DNA of 64,000 nt from Nitrosarchaeum sp. (GCA_965223865.1 OZ245020.1:1856001-1920000), one strand, 5' to 3'; numbered from the stretch's first letter, positions 1-9,450 are shown. Program-made: numbers and translations. Notes: generated by a model not told the origin, from the letters alone.

Positions 1-139
1 TTGCTCAATTAGTTTTTTAAAATCCACAAGGATAATTTGTTTTAAATTTTGTATAAATGAACCAACTTACTAATTTTTACCAATCGATTCAATGTCAAAA
101 CATTTCCTTTAAATTGAGATTGAAATTGTTTTTCAACAA

Positions 140-215
140 GCTCCTGTGGTGTAGTCCGGCTAAGCATACTGCCCTCTCAAGGCAGTGATCTCGGGTTCAA
201 ATCCCGACGGGAGCA
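140..215 (+). tRNA. tRNA-Glu(CTC)
   Basis: Cloverleaf: acceptor GCTCCTG/CGGGAGC, anticodon arm CTGCC-CT(CTC)AA-GGCAG, T-loop GGTTCAAATCCC; CCA not encoded. Confidence 0.97.
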
Positions 216-216
216 T
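196..216 (+). repeat. attL core (tRNA-Glu 3' end)
   Basis: Identical to 47331-47351. Confidence 0.93.
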
Positions 217-285
217 CCTAACACTTGCGCCCATGCCCTGTCAAATTTGGGGCTTAAAAGAAAATCGTATTTGGAGGAATAGGAA

Positions 286-1484
286 ATGAATCTCACAGAT
301 ACGCAAGAAAAATTCCCAGAAGTCAAAAATCAAGGAATACACAACTACTCAAGGCAAGTGGTATGCTACAAAAAAGACTGGAAAAGACAAATCAAGGAGA
401 TGTAGGAATTGCATTTCTCGAGAAACTTCACTTGAACGGCCTGGAAGACGGACGCATCATAGTTTATGGTGCACGGTTGCAGCTGATCTTAAAGCTGTTC
501 AACAAAAACAGAGTCAGACTGGCAGATGCTACAAAGTCAGACTGTGAGCGGGTTCTTTTTGCCATATTAAACACAAAGACAAACAAGGGAAGGTATTACA
601 GCGGAGAAAGCAAGGCAGCATATGCACTTGCTCTGTTGCGCCTTATTCACTATGCAAAGACAGGCGAAATTGGCAACAAGGATGAGGGCTATGTTGAGGA
701 AGTATCGTGGATTAGGCCAAGCAGATACAGAAACAAAGACGATGATGTATCCATTCTTCCTGAAGATCTTCTAACACCAGAAGAACTCTACTCTATTATC
801 GGCAAGACAAGAAACGAAAAGGAAAGAGCAATGCTGTGGGTTATGTTTGAAGGAGCGTTCAGGCCCGGTGAGCTGCTAAACCTTCGTGTGGGAGGAATCG
901 AGTTTAAGAGCAAATACATACTTGTCAGCACAATAGGGAAGACAGGAAAGAAGCGAGTTCCACTGGTATATTCTTTCAAGCCTTTGCTGGAGTGGCTCTC
1001 AAAGCATCCCCAAAGAAACGAGCCAAAGTCATACCTTTGGTATTCAGAGACATCAACACAAAAAAGAACGTCATACAGGTACCTGAGAAAGATACTGAAG
1101 CGATGTGCAACAGATGCACAGATCAAAAAAAGAGTATGGAACTACCTGATAAGGCACACACAGCTTACCATGCTTGCAAAGAAACTATCAGACCAGACAC
1201 TGTGCGTCTTTGGAAACTGGTCCAAGGGATCAAAGATGCCAGCAAGGTATGTTCATTTGTCAGGCAAAGACGTTGAAAATGCATTGCTTGAGCTTCACGG
1301 GATAAAAAATGAAGACGAAAATAAAACCAAAGTAATGTTTAGGGATTGTCCCAGATGTGCAGAGAAGAACACGCCAGATTCGCAGAGATGCTCAAAGTGC
1401 GGATTCATACTAGATGAGCAACTACTTTCAGTTGTAGCAGATTCAGAGCAAGAAATATTGCAAGATATGCATACGACAGTGTAG
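286..1484 (+). pseudogene. Tyrosine recombinase/integrase with C-terminal Zn ribbon; probably frameshifted near 360 and 3'-truncated
   Basis: ORF 363-1484 has AFRPGEL, GKTG, YLIRH, RYVHL and CPRC/CSKC. ATG 286 (after GGAGG) gives MNLTD...GIHNYSRQV in another frame. The 3' end runs into an antisense virB4 fragment. Confidence 0.8.
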
Positions 1485-1965
1485 ATGGCACTGCATGCAA
1501 AGTAAAACATTTGGCGTATTCTATTGGAATTTCTGCTGAGACTGCAGATTCATCAAAGTTTTCCTTAAAGTCATGAATGGTTTGAATTTCTAGTTTGTTT
1601 AGATGTTCTCTGATAATTTTGTAGTGTGGAGGTCTGCTGTTGTCAAGGTATTCGAGTTTTAGCCGTTCTAACATATCTCCTAGCGGCTCATTTGATTCCA
1701 GATGAACCTGCATTACAGGCATAACCATCTGATGTCCTTCCACCGTAACTGTTACTCCTCTTCGCGATAGCGTAATCTTGATTTTGTCTTGTATTACCCT
1801 CAAAATATCAAAGAATTTTCCAAGTTTTTCAGCCTGGTTTGTCTCAGACAGATTGGCAAAGTTGGTTGGAATTATGCTATAGCTGAATTGAAATTGTGGT
1901 TTTGGCTTTGATTTTACCTTAGGATTTTGTTTTTTGAGATTTTGTCCCAATAGATGCAGTTTCAC
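1405..1965 (-). pseudogene. N-terminal fragment of VirB4-like ATPase (paralog of 36468-38408)
   Basis: FQFSYSIIPTNFANLSETNQAEKLGKFFDILRVIQDKIKITLSRR matches FKYSYSIIPTNFVNLSEENQTQKMGQFFDILRVIEDRIKITMSRR; similarity stops at TLSYA (~1465). Confidence 0.9.
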
Positions 1966-2173
1966 ATCATATTAGAATCAATTATGATAAAAGCGGAGAA
2001 AAAATAAGCAGACAAAAAGAGATTAAGATCATTAGGAGTATTTGTGTTCTGGGGTTGGCACAGTAACACCTCATCATATTTGCAATAGCAATAATATCAA
2101 CAATTGCATTGTCTGCAAAGTCGACTCAACATTATGTCAAGAATGTAGTATTATTATACAATCCATTCATTTC

Positions 2174-2383
2174 TCATTTTTCTTTTGTAATTTCCAAAAC
2201 GCGTCTTTGCTGTTCGTCTAAAATCTTTTCAAATTCTTTTCTTAGAACATTCAGTTTTGATTCCTTGGATGGTTCATCAAGTGTTGAAAACTTTATTGCC
2301 TTTAGCTCTTCTGCAATTGCACCTAGTTTTTCGCTTGTCTCATATATGAGATCATCAATCAGCTTTTGTTTTTCTGGTTCCAA
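2174..2383 (-). CDS. Small helical hypothetical protein
   Basis: 69-aa ORF co-oriented with the module; charged helical composition. Confidence 0.6.
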   Translation of the reverse strand: MEPEKQKLIDDLIYETSEKLGAIAEELKAIKFSTLDEPSKESKLNVLRKEFEKILDEQQRRVLEITKEK

Positions 2384-2449
2384 GTCAGGTATAGTATGGC
2401 AAAGGTTGTAGTTATCTTTTGAGGATGTGTTATACTATATGATTTCTTT

Positions 2450-2890
2450 TTATTTTTCTAGTGTTCTTATTGTCTTTTTGTTGTGATGCCACGCAGTAAA
2501 ATGTAGGACAGCAATAATTGCAGCAATCAAGCTACTTGCCTGAACATCTATAGCTAAGTCATTCTTGTCAAACAAAAATGGCATAAACAAGACAAATGAA
2601 CTCTCTATTGACATTTGAATAGATACGGCAGCTACAGCATGAAATTTTGCATAAAGACTTTGAAACACAATATTTGACTCGTATTGCTTTATGAGATGTC
2701 TGTTTTGCAGTGTTATTCCCATGTCAAAAACAAAGGAGAGCACCCAAACTGCATACAGTAATGCCACAACCAACAGAGGAACGTCAAAATCAAACCAATA
2801 GTAAAAAAATAGAGGAGATGACAGAGCAGAAAGAAGCAGAATCAAGAACATGATTCTTTTGTGGAATCTCTTCTTGATACTAGGATTCAT
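2450..2890 (-). CDS. Multi-pass membrane protein of module copy A (paralog of 33680-34138)
   Basis: About 4 hydrophobic segments; shared DMxIT and YESNIxFxxLYAK motifs. Confidence 0.85.
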   Translation of the reverse strand: MNPSIKKRFHKRIMFLILLLSALSSPLFFYYWFDFDVPLLVVALLYAVWVLSFVFDMGITLQNRHLIKQYESNIVFQSLYAKFHAVAAVSIQMSIESSFVLFMPFLFDKNDLAIDVQASSLIAAIIAVLHFTAWHHNKKTIRTLEK

Positions 2891-2902
2891 TTCTACTGCT
2901 GC

Positions 2903-3253
2903 CTATTGTTTTCTGCTGGCAATCTCAATTGGTTCAATTCTGTATTGCACCGACTTTACAGCACCATATGCGATAAGGCCTACAGCGACTGCAATCAGAA
3001 TAAAGTTGTATCCGTCTGCAAAGATGTCCTTTACAGTATCAGTAAGTATGGCCGAACCATCACCGCAATGCTTTGCAGTTGTGCCTGACAATAGTCCAGT
3101 ATCCTTGATACAAAGGGATGCAACGTCTACACCAAGCACGTCAGGCACAACAGTAACCAGAATTATGATTCCTATCAGTGCAACTACGATCTTGATGAGA
3201 AATCCACCAATGGATTCTCCTTCCTTGAGATCACCACTTCTACTTTTCAGCAT
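2903..3253 (-). CDS. Two-TM pilin-like (VirB2-like candidate) protein, copy A
   Basis: MLKSRSGDLKEGES start shared with 33307; two hydrophobic helices; conserved Cys pair; CTTTTATCAAATT promoter about 25 nt upstream in both copies. Confidence 0.7.
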   Translation of the reverse strand: MLKSRSGDLKEGESIGGFLIKIVVALIGIIILVTVVPDVLGVDVASLCIKDTGLLSGTTAKHCGDGSAILTDTVKDIFADGYNFILIAVAVGLIAYGAVKSVQYRIEPIEIASRKQ

Positions 3254-3393
3254 CAATGTATAATGTGTAATTTGATAAAAGCCAGGAAAAAGTTCAAGTA
3301 ATTTGCTGCATAAATTACAGTCAACAATTTAGCAATATGATCAATTAATTTTCATAAGCCCTGTTGAAATGAAATTGTCTTTTGTAGATTTCA

Positions 3394-3531
3394 ATGGCAG
3401 CTGCCTCAAAAAAGAAAACAGCAACAACCACTGCAAAAAAATCTACAAGAAAAGCAACAACTGCAAAAAGAAAAACTGCAACAAAGAAAGCAACTACAAA
3501 ATCAATCACAACTAAAAAGACAAGAAAATAA
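3394..3531 (+). CDS. 45-aa Lys/Ala/Thr-rich basic protein (histone H1-like)
   Basis: Translates to MAAASKKKTATTTAKKSTRKATTAKRKTATKKATTKSITTKKTRK; below the ORF-track cutoff. Confidence 0.7.
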   Translation: MAAASKKKTATTTAKKSTRKATTAKRKTATKKATTKSITTKKTRK

Positions 3532-3552
3532 GAATAATAGCAGTAGATTAAA

Positions 3553-3849
3553 CTAAACCAACTTTTCTTTTTTCTTTTTGCTTAGTTCAATTCCAACCTG
3601 AATTAATGTTTGATAATTTTCATCATGAAGTTCATTTAGTTTTTGTAATTCCTTGTGATATTTTTTGTTTGTTTGCAAGTCTTTGTCAGAGAGTTTGGGC
3701 AAGTAAACATCACCGAATATCTTATGTGAATTTTTATTCACTCTTTCCTTTTGTTCTTTTATTTTTCTAATCTTTTCTGTTTGTTTTTCAAATATTTGCT
3801 CTAGTTCATTTATAGAATAATTAGCATAGTTGTTCTTCAATTCCTTCAT
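3553..3849 (-). CDS. Hypothetical coiled-coil protein
   Basis: 98-aa ORF overlapping the end of the upstream gene. Confidence 0.6.
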   Translation of the reverse strand: MKELKNNYANYSINELEQIFEKQTEKIRKIKEQKERVNKNSHKIFGDVYLPKLSDKDLQTNKKYHKELQKLNELHDENYQTLIQVGIELSKKKKEKLV

Positions 3850-4525
3850 CTACAATTATAGAAACATTACAATTTGAACATTTATCCAATGGAACTATCA
3901 TTATGTCTTTATCATTTACTGTAACAAAGTCTCTGCTAATTTCTTTACCGTCTGATAATATGCTGATCTGATTTTGCAGTAAGTCAACATCATAGATTTT
4001 CTCTAGTGGAGTAATTTTTAGTCTGTTGTTTGTTACTTCAATCTTTATGGGATTACTTTTCTCGTTTTGCCTCATCGATTTACCTTGGTTAATTTTTGCA
4101 AACAAACTTGTAATGAGATCAGTTATTGGCTTGCTGAAAAATTTCTTTTGAGGTTTTGCAATTACTATTTTTTTAGATGCTTGCCTCTTTGTTTGTTTCT
4201 TATTGACTGCAGTCTTTTTCATTTTCAGGTTTTCAGGCTTGTCTCTGCTTAGTGATGTTCCTCTTATCAGAAACATTAGATTTGCTTTTATCATCTGGTC
4301 AGGAGTCATTATCTTGGTGTTGACTAGCCCCAGTCCCAAAAACATGGTCAAAATCACGCCTGGAGCAATGAAATCCTTGGTAACAAAGTAGGCAACCATT
4401 GCGGCAAGCATTCCTGCAAGTATCATACCAAGCTGTCTAAACGACACTTTTCCAATTGGAAGTGGTAGCGCCTTCTCATGCATTATAGAATCATTTTCAA
4501 ATATTACTAGTTCAACATGTCTCAA
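3821..4525 (-). CDS. PrgI/VirB3-like membrane protein, copy A
   Basis: N-terminal GKVSFRQL followed by two TM helices, typical of PrgI-like proteins; paralog of 32250-33041. Confidence 0.7.
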   Translation of the reverse strand: MRHVELVIFENDSIMHEKALPLPIGKVSFRQLGMILAGMLAAMVAYFVTKDFIAPGVILTMFLGLGLVNTKIMTPDQMIKANLMFLIRGTSLSRDKPENLKMKKTAVNKKQTKRQASKKIVIAKPQKKFFSKPITDLITSLFAKINQGKSMRQNEKSNPIKIEVTNNRLKITPLEKIYDVDLLQNQISILSDGKEISRDFVTVNDKDIMIVPLDKCSNCNVSIIVDEGIEEQLC

Positions 4526-5961
4526 TATTCTGTATCCTCCAAAGAATTGTTGGGATTAGCTTTGTTAATTTTGATTGTAACCTTGTTTTTGAAATGAATT
4601 GTCTTGCTAAATGACTTTCTTTGTTGTTTTTGCAAATAATGATTTTTTATCACGTGTATTAATGAAATCTTTTTGAACTTGATGTATGTGAATAATCCAG
4701 CAACAATTATCAAGATAAAAATTCCAAATAGTGAGAAATTAAAAATCTCATTTTCCTTACTCGTGGTAGCATCAACGAGATTTGTAACAGTATCTAATTT
4801 ATCTACACCATCATCAAAATTATTATCAATAATGCCTTCTATCATGTCATCATTTGACATGACAGTGTCTTGTGCATTGACATTGTTATCTGTTACAGAC
4901 CCTTTTTGATTAGAAATATCATCTGTTGTATCCTTGAAATTAGAAATTACATCATTAGTATTATCACTAAGGTTTGAGTCAGCTGTAAAATCACTGACTG
5001 CCAAATCAGTGTCTAGAAGATTGTTTTCGTCAGCATTATTCTCAACAATATCTACTGTTGACATGGCGTTGTCTTTTTCTATATTGTCTGGTTCATCTTG
5101 TGATACGTATGAAAGCAATTCAAATTCAAACACTTTGAATGGTTTTGTTACATGAACTGGACTATACTTTACACCAGATAATGGAAAAGGAATGTCGGGA
5201 GTTACCAAATATGATGTTGTAACATCATCATGCGTATTGGTAATGTCTACATCATATCCTATCTTGTAAACATTAGAAAATATTTTTTCAGTAGATGTTA
5301 TTGAATTATCATTATAATCTACCATATTCAGTGTTGCAGAGTATTCCAAACTGTCATCAAATACTTTCATGTGGGGGTTTGAATCAAAATCCAAGGATTC
5401 AGTAACTGTTCCCCATATCGAGCCTGCTTTGAGCAGTTTAGGCGCCTCTGCATACTTGAAAATTGAGAATATTGTGTTCTCTATGGATTGAGCATATTGT
5501 ATGGTGTCTGGATGAATTGCACTAGCTGACTTTACGTCAAAATTCTCAGGGTTTATGTGAAATATTGAACGCTTAATTGAATTGTCTGAGATGTTACTAA
5601 TTGAGACATTTGCCACCCAAATGTGGTTATCAATCTGATCACCAGTATCAGAAGACAGAAAATTGACAAAATCTAATTTTATTACATAGCATAGACTAGA
5701 ATTGTGGTCCAGGTTTTTGGTAAAGTAATGATAATTTTCAGAGGAATAATCAGGAATGTGATGAGGATCACAAATTTTGTATGTGTAAGAATCACCGACA
5801 GACAAATTCTTTCCCAGATGCCACATTCCATCTTGATATAGAACAGCAATCTGTTTGTTATAGTTAATTGAGTACGCTTGTGGAATTATGACATTGTATG
5901 AAATACCAAATATTGTGATAATTACAATAGACAGCGATAGATAAATCCTGAATTTTTTCAC
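4522..5961 (-). CDS. Membrane-anchored surface protein with acidic stalk, copy A
   Basis: Signal peptide, conserved N-domain (GKNLSVGDSYTYKICDP), D/N/T-rich linker, C-terminal TM; paralog of 30666-32060. Confidence 0.85.
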   Translation of the reverse strand: MKKFRIYLSLSIVIITIFGISYNVIIPQAYSINYNKQIAVLYQDGMWHLGKNLSVGDSYTYKICDPHHIPDYSSENYHYFTKNLDHNSSLCYVIKLDFVNFLSSDTGDQIDNHIWVANVSISNISDNSIKRSIFHINPENFDVKSASAIHPDTIQYAQSIENTIFSIFKYAEAPKLLKAGSIWGTVTESLDFDSNPHMKVFDDSLEYSATLNMVDYNDNSITSTEKIFSNVYKIGYDVDITNTHDDVTTSYLVTPDIPFPLSGVKYSPVHVTKPFKVFEFELLSYVSQDEPDNIEKDNAMSTVDIVENNADENNLLDTDLAVSDFTADSNLSDNTNDVISNFKDTTDDISNQKGSVTDNNVNAQDTVMSNDDMIEGIIDNNFDDGVDKLDTVTNLVDATTSKENEIFNFSLFGIFILIIVAGLFTYIKFKKISLIHVIKNHYLQKQQRKSFSKTIHFKNKVTIKINKANPNNSLEDTEY

Positions 5962-6014
5962 AAAAAAATTATCTGGATTTCTTTAAAAGTAAAAAAAAGA
6001 AAAAGTGGAAATTA

Positions 6015-6143
6015 TTAGTTAAGAATTGAGGTCTCTATCTTTTGTATTGGATGATTGAATATGTCGTGATGGGTGGCAGCTATCTGTTCTTTGTTAAAAG
6101 TAAGGGCACATCTGTAGCATCTCCAAGAGGTAGCAGTCTGCAT
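6015..6143 (-). CDS. 42-aa C2H2-type zinc-finger microprotein, copy A
   Basis: MQTATSWRCYRCALTFNKEQIAATHHDIFNHPIQKIETSILN; near-identical paralog at 28303-28431. Confidence 0.85.
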   Translation of the reverse strand: MQTATSWRCYRCALTFNKEQIAATHHDIFNHPIQKIETSILN

Positions 6144-6236
6144 CGATTTGGTATCGAGTTTCACAATATAACATTGACGTATGATTTATCGTTGATTTAA
6201 GGACAATACGTAGTCTCTATAGATTTTGATTGGAAA

Positions 6237-6311
6237 TTATTCGTTATCGTCAATGAAAATCCAAGATAATCCTTGTACTTCTTCCCAGGATGACGAGTTT
6301 GATTGGTTCAT
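6237..6311 (-). CDS. 24-aa micropeptide, copy A
   Basis: MNQSNSSSWEEVQGLSWIFIDDNE; paralog at 30559-30630; shared upstream TGAATCTTTTATACAAA promoter. Confidence 0.7.
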   Translation of the reverse strand: MNQSNSSSWEEVQGLSWIFIDDNE

Positions 6312-6635
6312 GGTACCTTTTTGCAAAATTTGTATAAAAGATTCAAGAATGATTCATTCATATCGATAAACAGCATTATCTAAATAGTATTGTCACGTTA
6401 TTAGATGTACCAAGATGTGGAGCTGTCATCAAAATTCCTGATCGGTTTTGGTCTTAAGCTCCAGTAATCATTGTAAAATCGAGTCATTTTTCGTTTTTTA
6501 ATTCTGTTTGGCAATCATCATCGAACCTCTACAGTTACTTTTGCTGAAATTTTCACGAATACAGAATGTAATTCACACGCCTAAAAATACCACTATTGAA
6601 TCAATCCTATGTTTGGTGCGATGTGTCACCAGTCA

Positions 6636-6791
6636 TCATGCAGGCCAGTCATCTCGACCGACTGCATATGATTTTCTGACATTTTTGATAATTTCTGCCA
6701 ACCTATTGTTAATCTCGTTATGATCGTGGTCGTCCATCTCTAGAATTTCCCTAAACTCCTGGATTAGCTCTTCCTTGTTTTCTTGAATCAT
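6636..6791 (-). CDS. 51-aa helical hypothetical protein, copy A
   Basis: MIQENKEELIQEFREILEMDDHDHNEINNRLAEIIKNVRKSYAVGRDDWPA; paralog at 27498-27647. Confidence 0.8.
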   Translation of the reverse strand: MIQENKEELIQEFREILEMDDHDHNEINNRLAEIIKNVRKSYAVGRDDWPA

Positions 6792-6864
6792 CAAGTCCTA
6801 CAAACTATAATTTGAGTTATTGATAAGCGTTTAGTGTTTTCTTTTATTTTAACAGATGTCAATA

Positions 6865-9450
6865 TTATTGATCCCGATATTTTCTATAAACAATAAATCC
6901 AATCAATAAAATCAGCGAAAGCCCCAACAAGACTGCAATCCATTGCGCAAAAACTCCTTGAAACAACAGGCTTTCAGCTTTTCTTTGTGGTGGACTAATC
7001 TTAACATCATCAAGTTCAGGCAATGTAGTTTTTGCAATGCCACCCCAAATGTTCTCGGCAGAAATGTTCAACTCATCATCAAGATAATCTGAAGGCACTG
7101 GCATGAAGCATATGTTATCATCATCATTTGATTTTGTTTTAAAACATTCTGAAAGAGTCGAACCAGAAAATATTTTATCGTTGATCTTTAATGATTCAAT
7201 TTCTCCAAAATTAGGATCAAAAGCATACAGTAACACTCTAGGATTTGCAGGATCCCTTTTCATGTCAAGTGCGTTATCATCATCCATGTTTACCAGATAT
7301 TCATATTTAACAGAAAAGTCATGCCAAGTATTATCAAAGACATGAGTAATCTCGTTGGTTCCATCACTTGCGGTAATTGAAACATAAAATGGCGACAGTG
7401 CATGCAAACCAGTTGTTAATGGTATTGAAAGTCTTGCATTTTCAGAGTCTAACAAATATTTTTCAGAAATGTCAATGACATCGTTATCTGAGAATGATTG
7501 CGAAGATATTACATCATACTGCGTAAATAATGACGCAATCCTTCTTGTTTTATCCAAAGTTATAGAACCAAATCCAGAAACGTGATTCTCATCCATGGGA
7601 TAAATGTCATCATCATTGACCACAACAATTGGATTACCATCAATATCAAGACCAGTAATTATCTGTGAGAACCCGTCATCGCCAGTATCGTAGAATATCT
7701 TGTCATACATGTACTGGTCCAGATGTTCCGTGCCTGAAATGTCAAACCTAGGCGCAACATTCAAGTATAATTCAACAGAATTGTCCTGGTTGCCATCTGA
7801 ATCAACTGCCTTGACTCTTAGAGTATTGTGAAAAAATGCTTCAGGATACATGTATTCGGTAAATGCCAAGTGTGTCACGTCATGTCCTGCAAAGTGACTG
7901 GACTGTAATGTATCAAACACCGTAGCATTTTCAAATCTTGGAATCTTTTTTGCATCATCATATACAACATCTAAAATTCCAGGATAGTCAAAGAAAATTT
8001 TACCGTATCCAGACTTTACAAAGTTTGAAGTTGTGTGTCGTTCAACTTGAAAAGGTATTTCATCAGGAAACTCGGTTGCAATTAGCTTGTCAGAAATCTC
8101 ATCGCTCTTTTTGATGTTAGTCTGATTGATTATGATTCCAACATCGTGAGCTTCATCCCATGTTAGATCAATGTCATCAGAATACTCAGTGCTAGCTACC
8201 GTACCATCCAGTAGTTCAAACTTCCACGGGTCAGCACCCCATGTAGAATAAAAATAATCATTTGCCTTGCTTCGTCTGTCTTCATGAATTCCAATCACAT
8301 CATCAGGGTTTGCATCTGTGCTTTCAGAGCCAAAATAATGCAATGCGATTCCCATCCTGTCATCAAAGGCAAGTCTTTGGTCGTCTCGCAAAACTGGATA
8401 AACATATGCATCATAGATTGGCTCATACTCTACAACTAGAGCCGAAGTCGAGTTGTCATTCTGATCAATCTGCGGTACGATGTTGAACAGTTTTGTGTTG
8501 TATGATATTGTGTGGTTTCCAATTAGATCAAGTGATGTTGAATTATACACCGTGTTTCCACCACCATAATCAAATGTTCCAGCCCATGGCTCAAATCCAG
8601 AAATGATCATTGTGTTAGTGCAGCTTGCAAGCTCGCACTGAAACTCGTCTTCCAAGGTCAAAGGGGAATAGTCTTTTGTTATCTCAACAAAGATTGTTCC
8701 AACCCTGTCGTTTTTCCACTTGTAGATTGGGTTGTGAATGACATTGATTGCATCCCAGACATAGTATGACTTGTCAAGATTTCTTGAAATGTATCCATCG
8801 TCTTCTGTGAATTCAAATGAATCTTTTTCCATGGCGACCTCAAGGTATGGCAAAATCACAGATGGAAAGTAACTGGCCAAAGCACTAACAGTGGGCCATC
8901 CGCAATGCCATGTACTGCCTGACTTGTGACACACATACTGCTCAGCTGATGCCCTCTTAGAGATTGACACAGGTTCAGATTCCCCAATTACAGGAGATAT
9001 GATGGCAGTTCCAGCATCTGATGCAGAACCATATGTGCCACCTGTTGGATCATCCTCAGAATCATGACCATGAATAACACAATCAGGGCCGTGCGAGACT
9101 CCAATCAGATTTGCAGTGGATTGCAATGGACAAGGTTGAAAATGTCTGCATCCTTCAGTCCATGTGTTAATTTCATACACAAACGCATCTCCAGGATAAA
9201 ACGTCTTGTCAGGATTGTTTCTGTGGTAGATACCATGGTGTGCAGATTTGATTGTTATTTGCACATGGACAAAGCATCGCTCCTTGTACAACGTGTCAGT
9301 GGATACAGCATCACTCCCAGACACAGAATGAAACTCGGCAATTACTATTTCATCAGCATATGCGATGAATGTTTTGCTGTCATTATCATTATACATAATG
9401 GTCACATTCCCAAAGATTAGCAAAATAATCAGAAATACTCGTGGTTCCAC
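6865..9450 (-). CDS. Large membrane-anchored surface protein with Cys-rich N-domain, copy A
   Basis: Signal peptide and C-terminal TM with basic tail; aligns end to end with 24890-27447; GTG start inferred from the paralog. Confidence 0.88.
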   Translation of the reverse strand: MEPRVFLIILLIFGNVTIMYNDNDSKTFIAYADEIVIAEFHSVSGSDAVSTDTLYKERCFVHVQITIKSAHHGIYHRNNPDKTFYPGDAFVYEINTWTEGCRHFQPCPLQSTANLIGVSHGPDCVIHGHDSEDDPTGGTYGSASDAGTAIISPVIGESEPVSISKRASAEQYVCHKSGSTWHCGWPTVSALASYFPSVILPYLEVAMEKDSFEFTEDDGYISRNLDKSYYVWDAINVIHNPIYKWKNDRVGTIFVEITKDYSPLTLEDEFQCELASCTNTMIISGFEPWAGTFDYGGGNTVYNSTSLDLIGNHTISYNTKLFNIVPQIDQNDNSTSALVVEYEPIYDAYVYPVLRDDQRLAFDDRMGIALHYFGSESTDANPDDVIGIHEDRRSKANDYFYSTWGADPWKFELLDGTVASTEYSDDIDLTWDEAHDVGIIINQTNIKKSDEISDKLIATEFPDEIPFQVERHTTSNFVKSGYGKIFFDYPGILDVVYDDAKKIPRFENATVFDTLQSSHFAGHDVTHLAFTEYMYPEAFFHNTLRVKAVDSDGNQDNSVELYLNVAPRFDISGTEHLDQYMYDKIFYDTGDDGFSQIITGLDIDGNPIVVVNDDDIYPMDENHVSGFGSITLDKTRRIASLFTQYDVISSQSFSDNDVIDISEKYLLDSENARLSIPLTTGLHALSPFYVSITASDGTNEITHVFDNTWHDFSVKYEYLVNMDDDNALDMKRDPANPRVLLYAFDPNFGEIESLKINDKIFSGSTLSECFKTKSNDDDNICFMPVPSDYLDDELNISAENIWGGIAKTTLPELDDVKISPPQRKAESLLFQGVFAQWIAVLLGLSLILLIGFIVYRKYRDQ

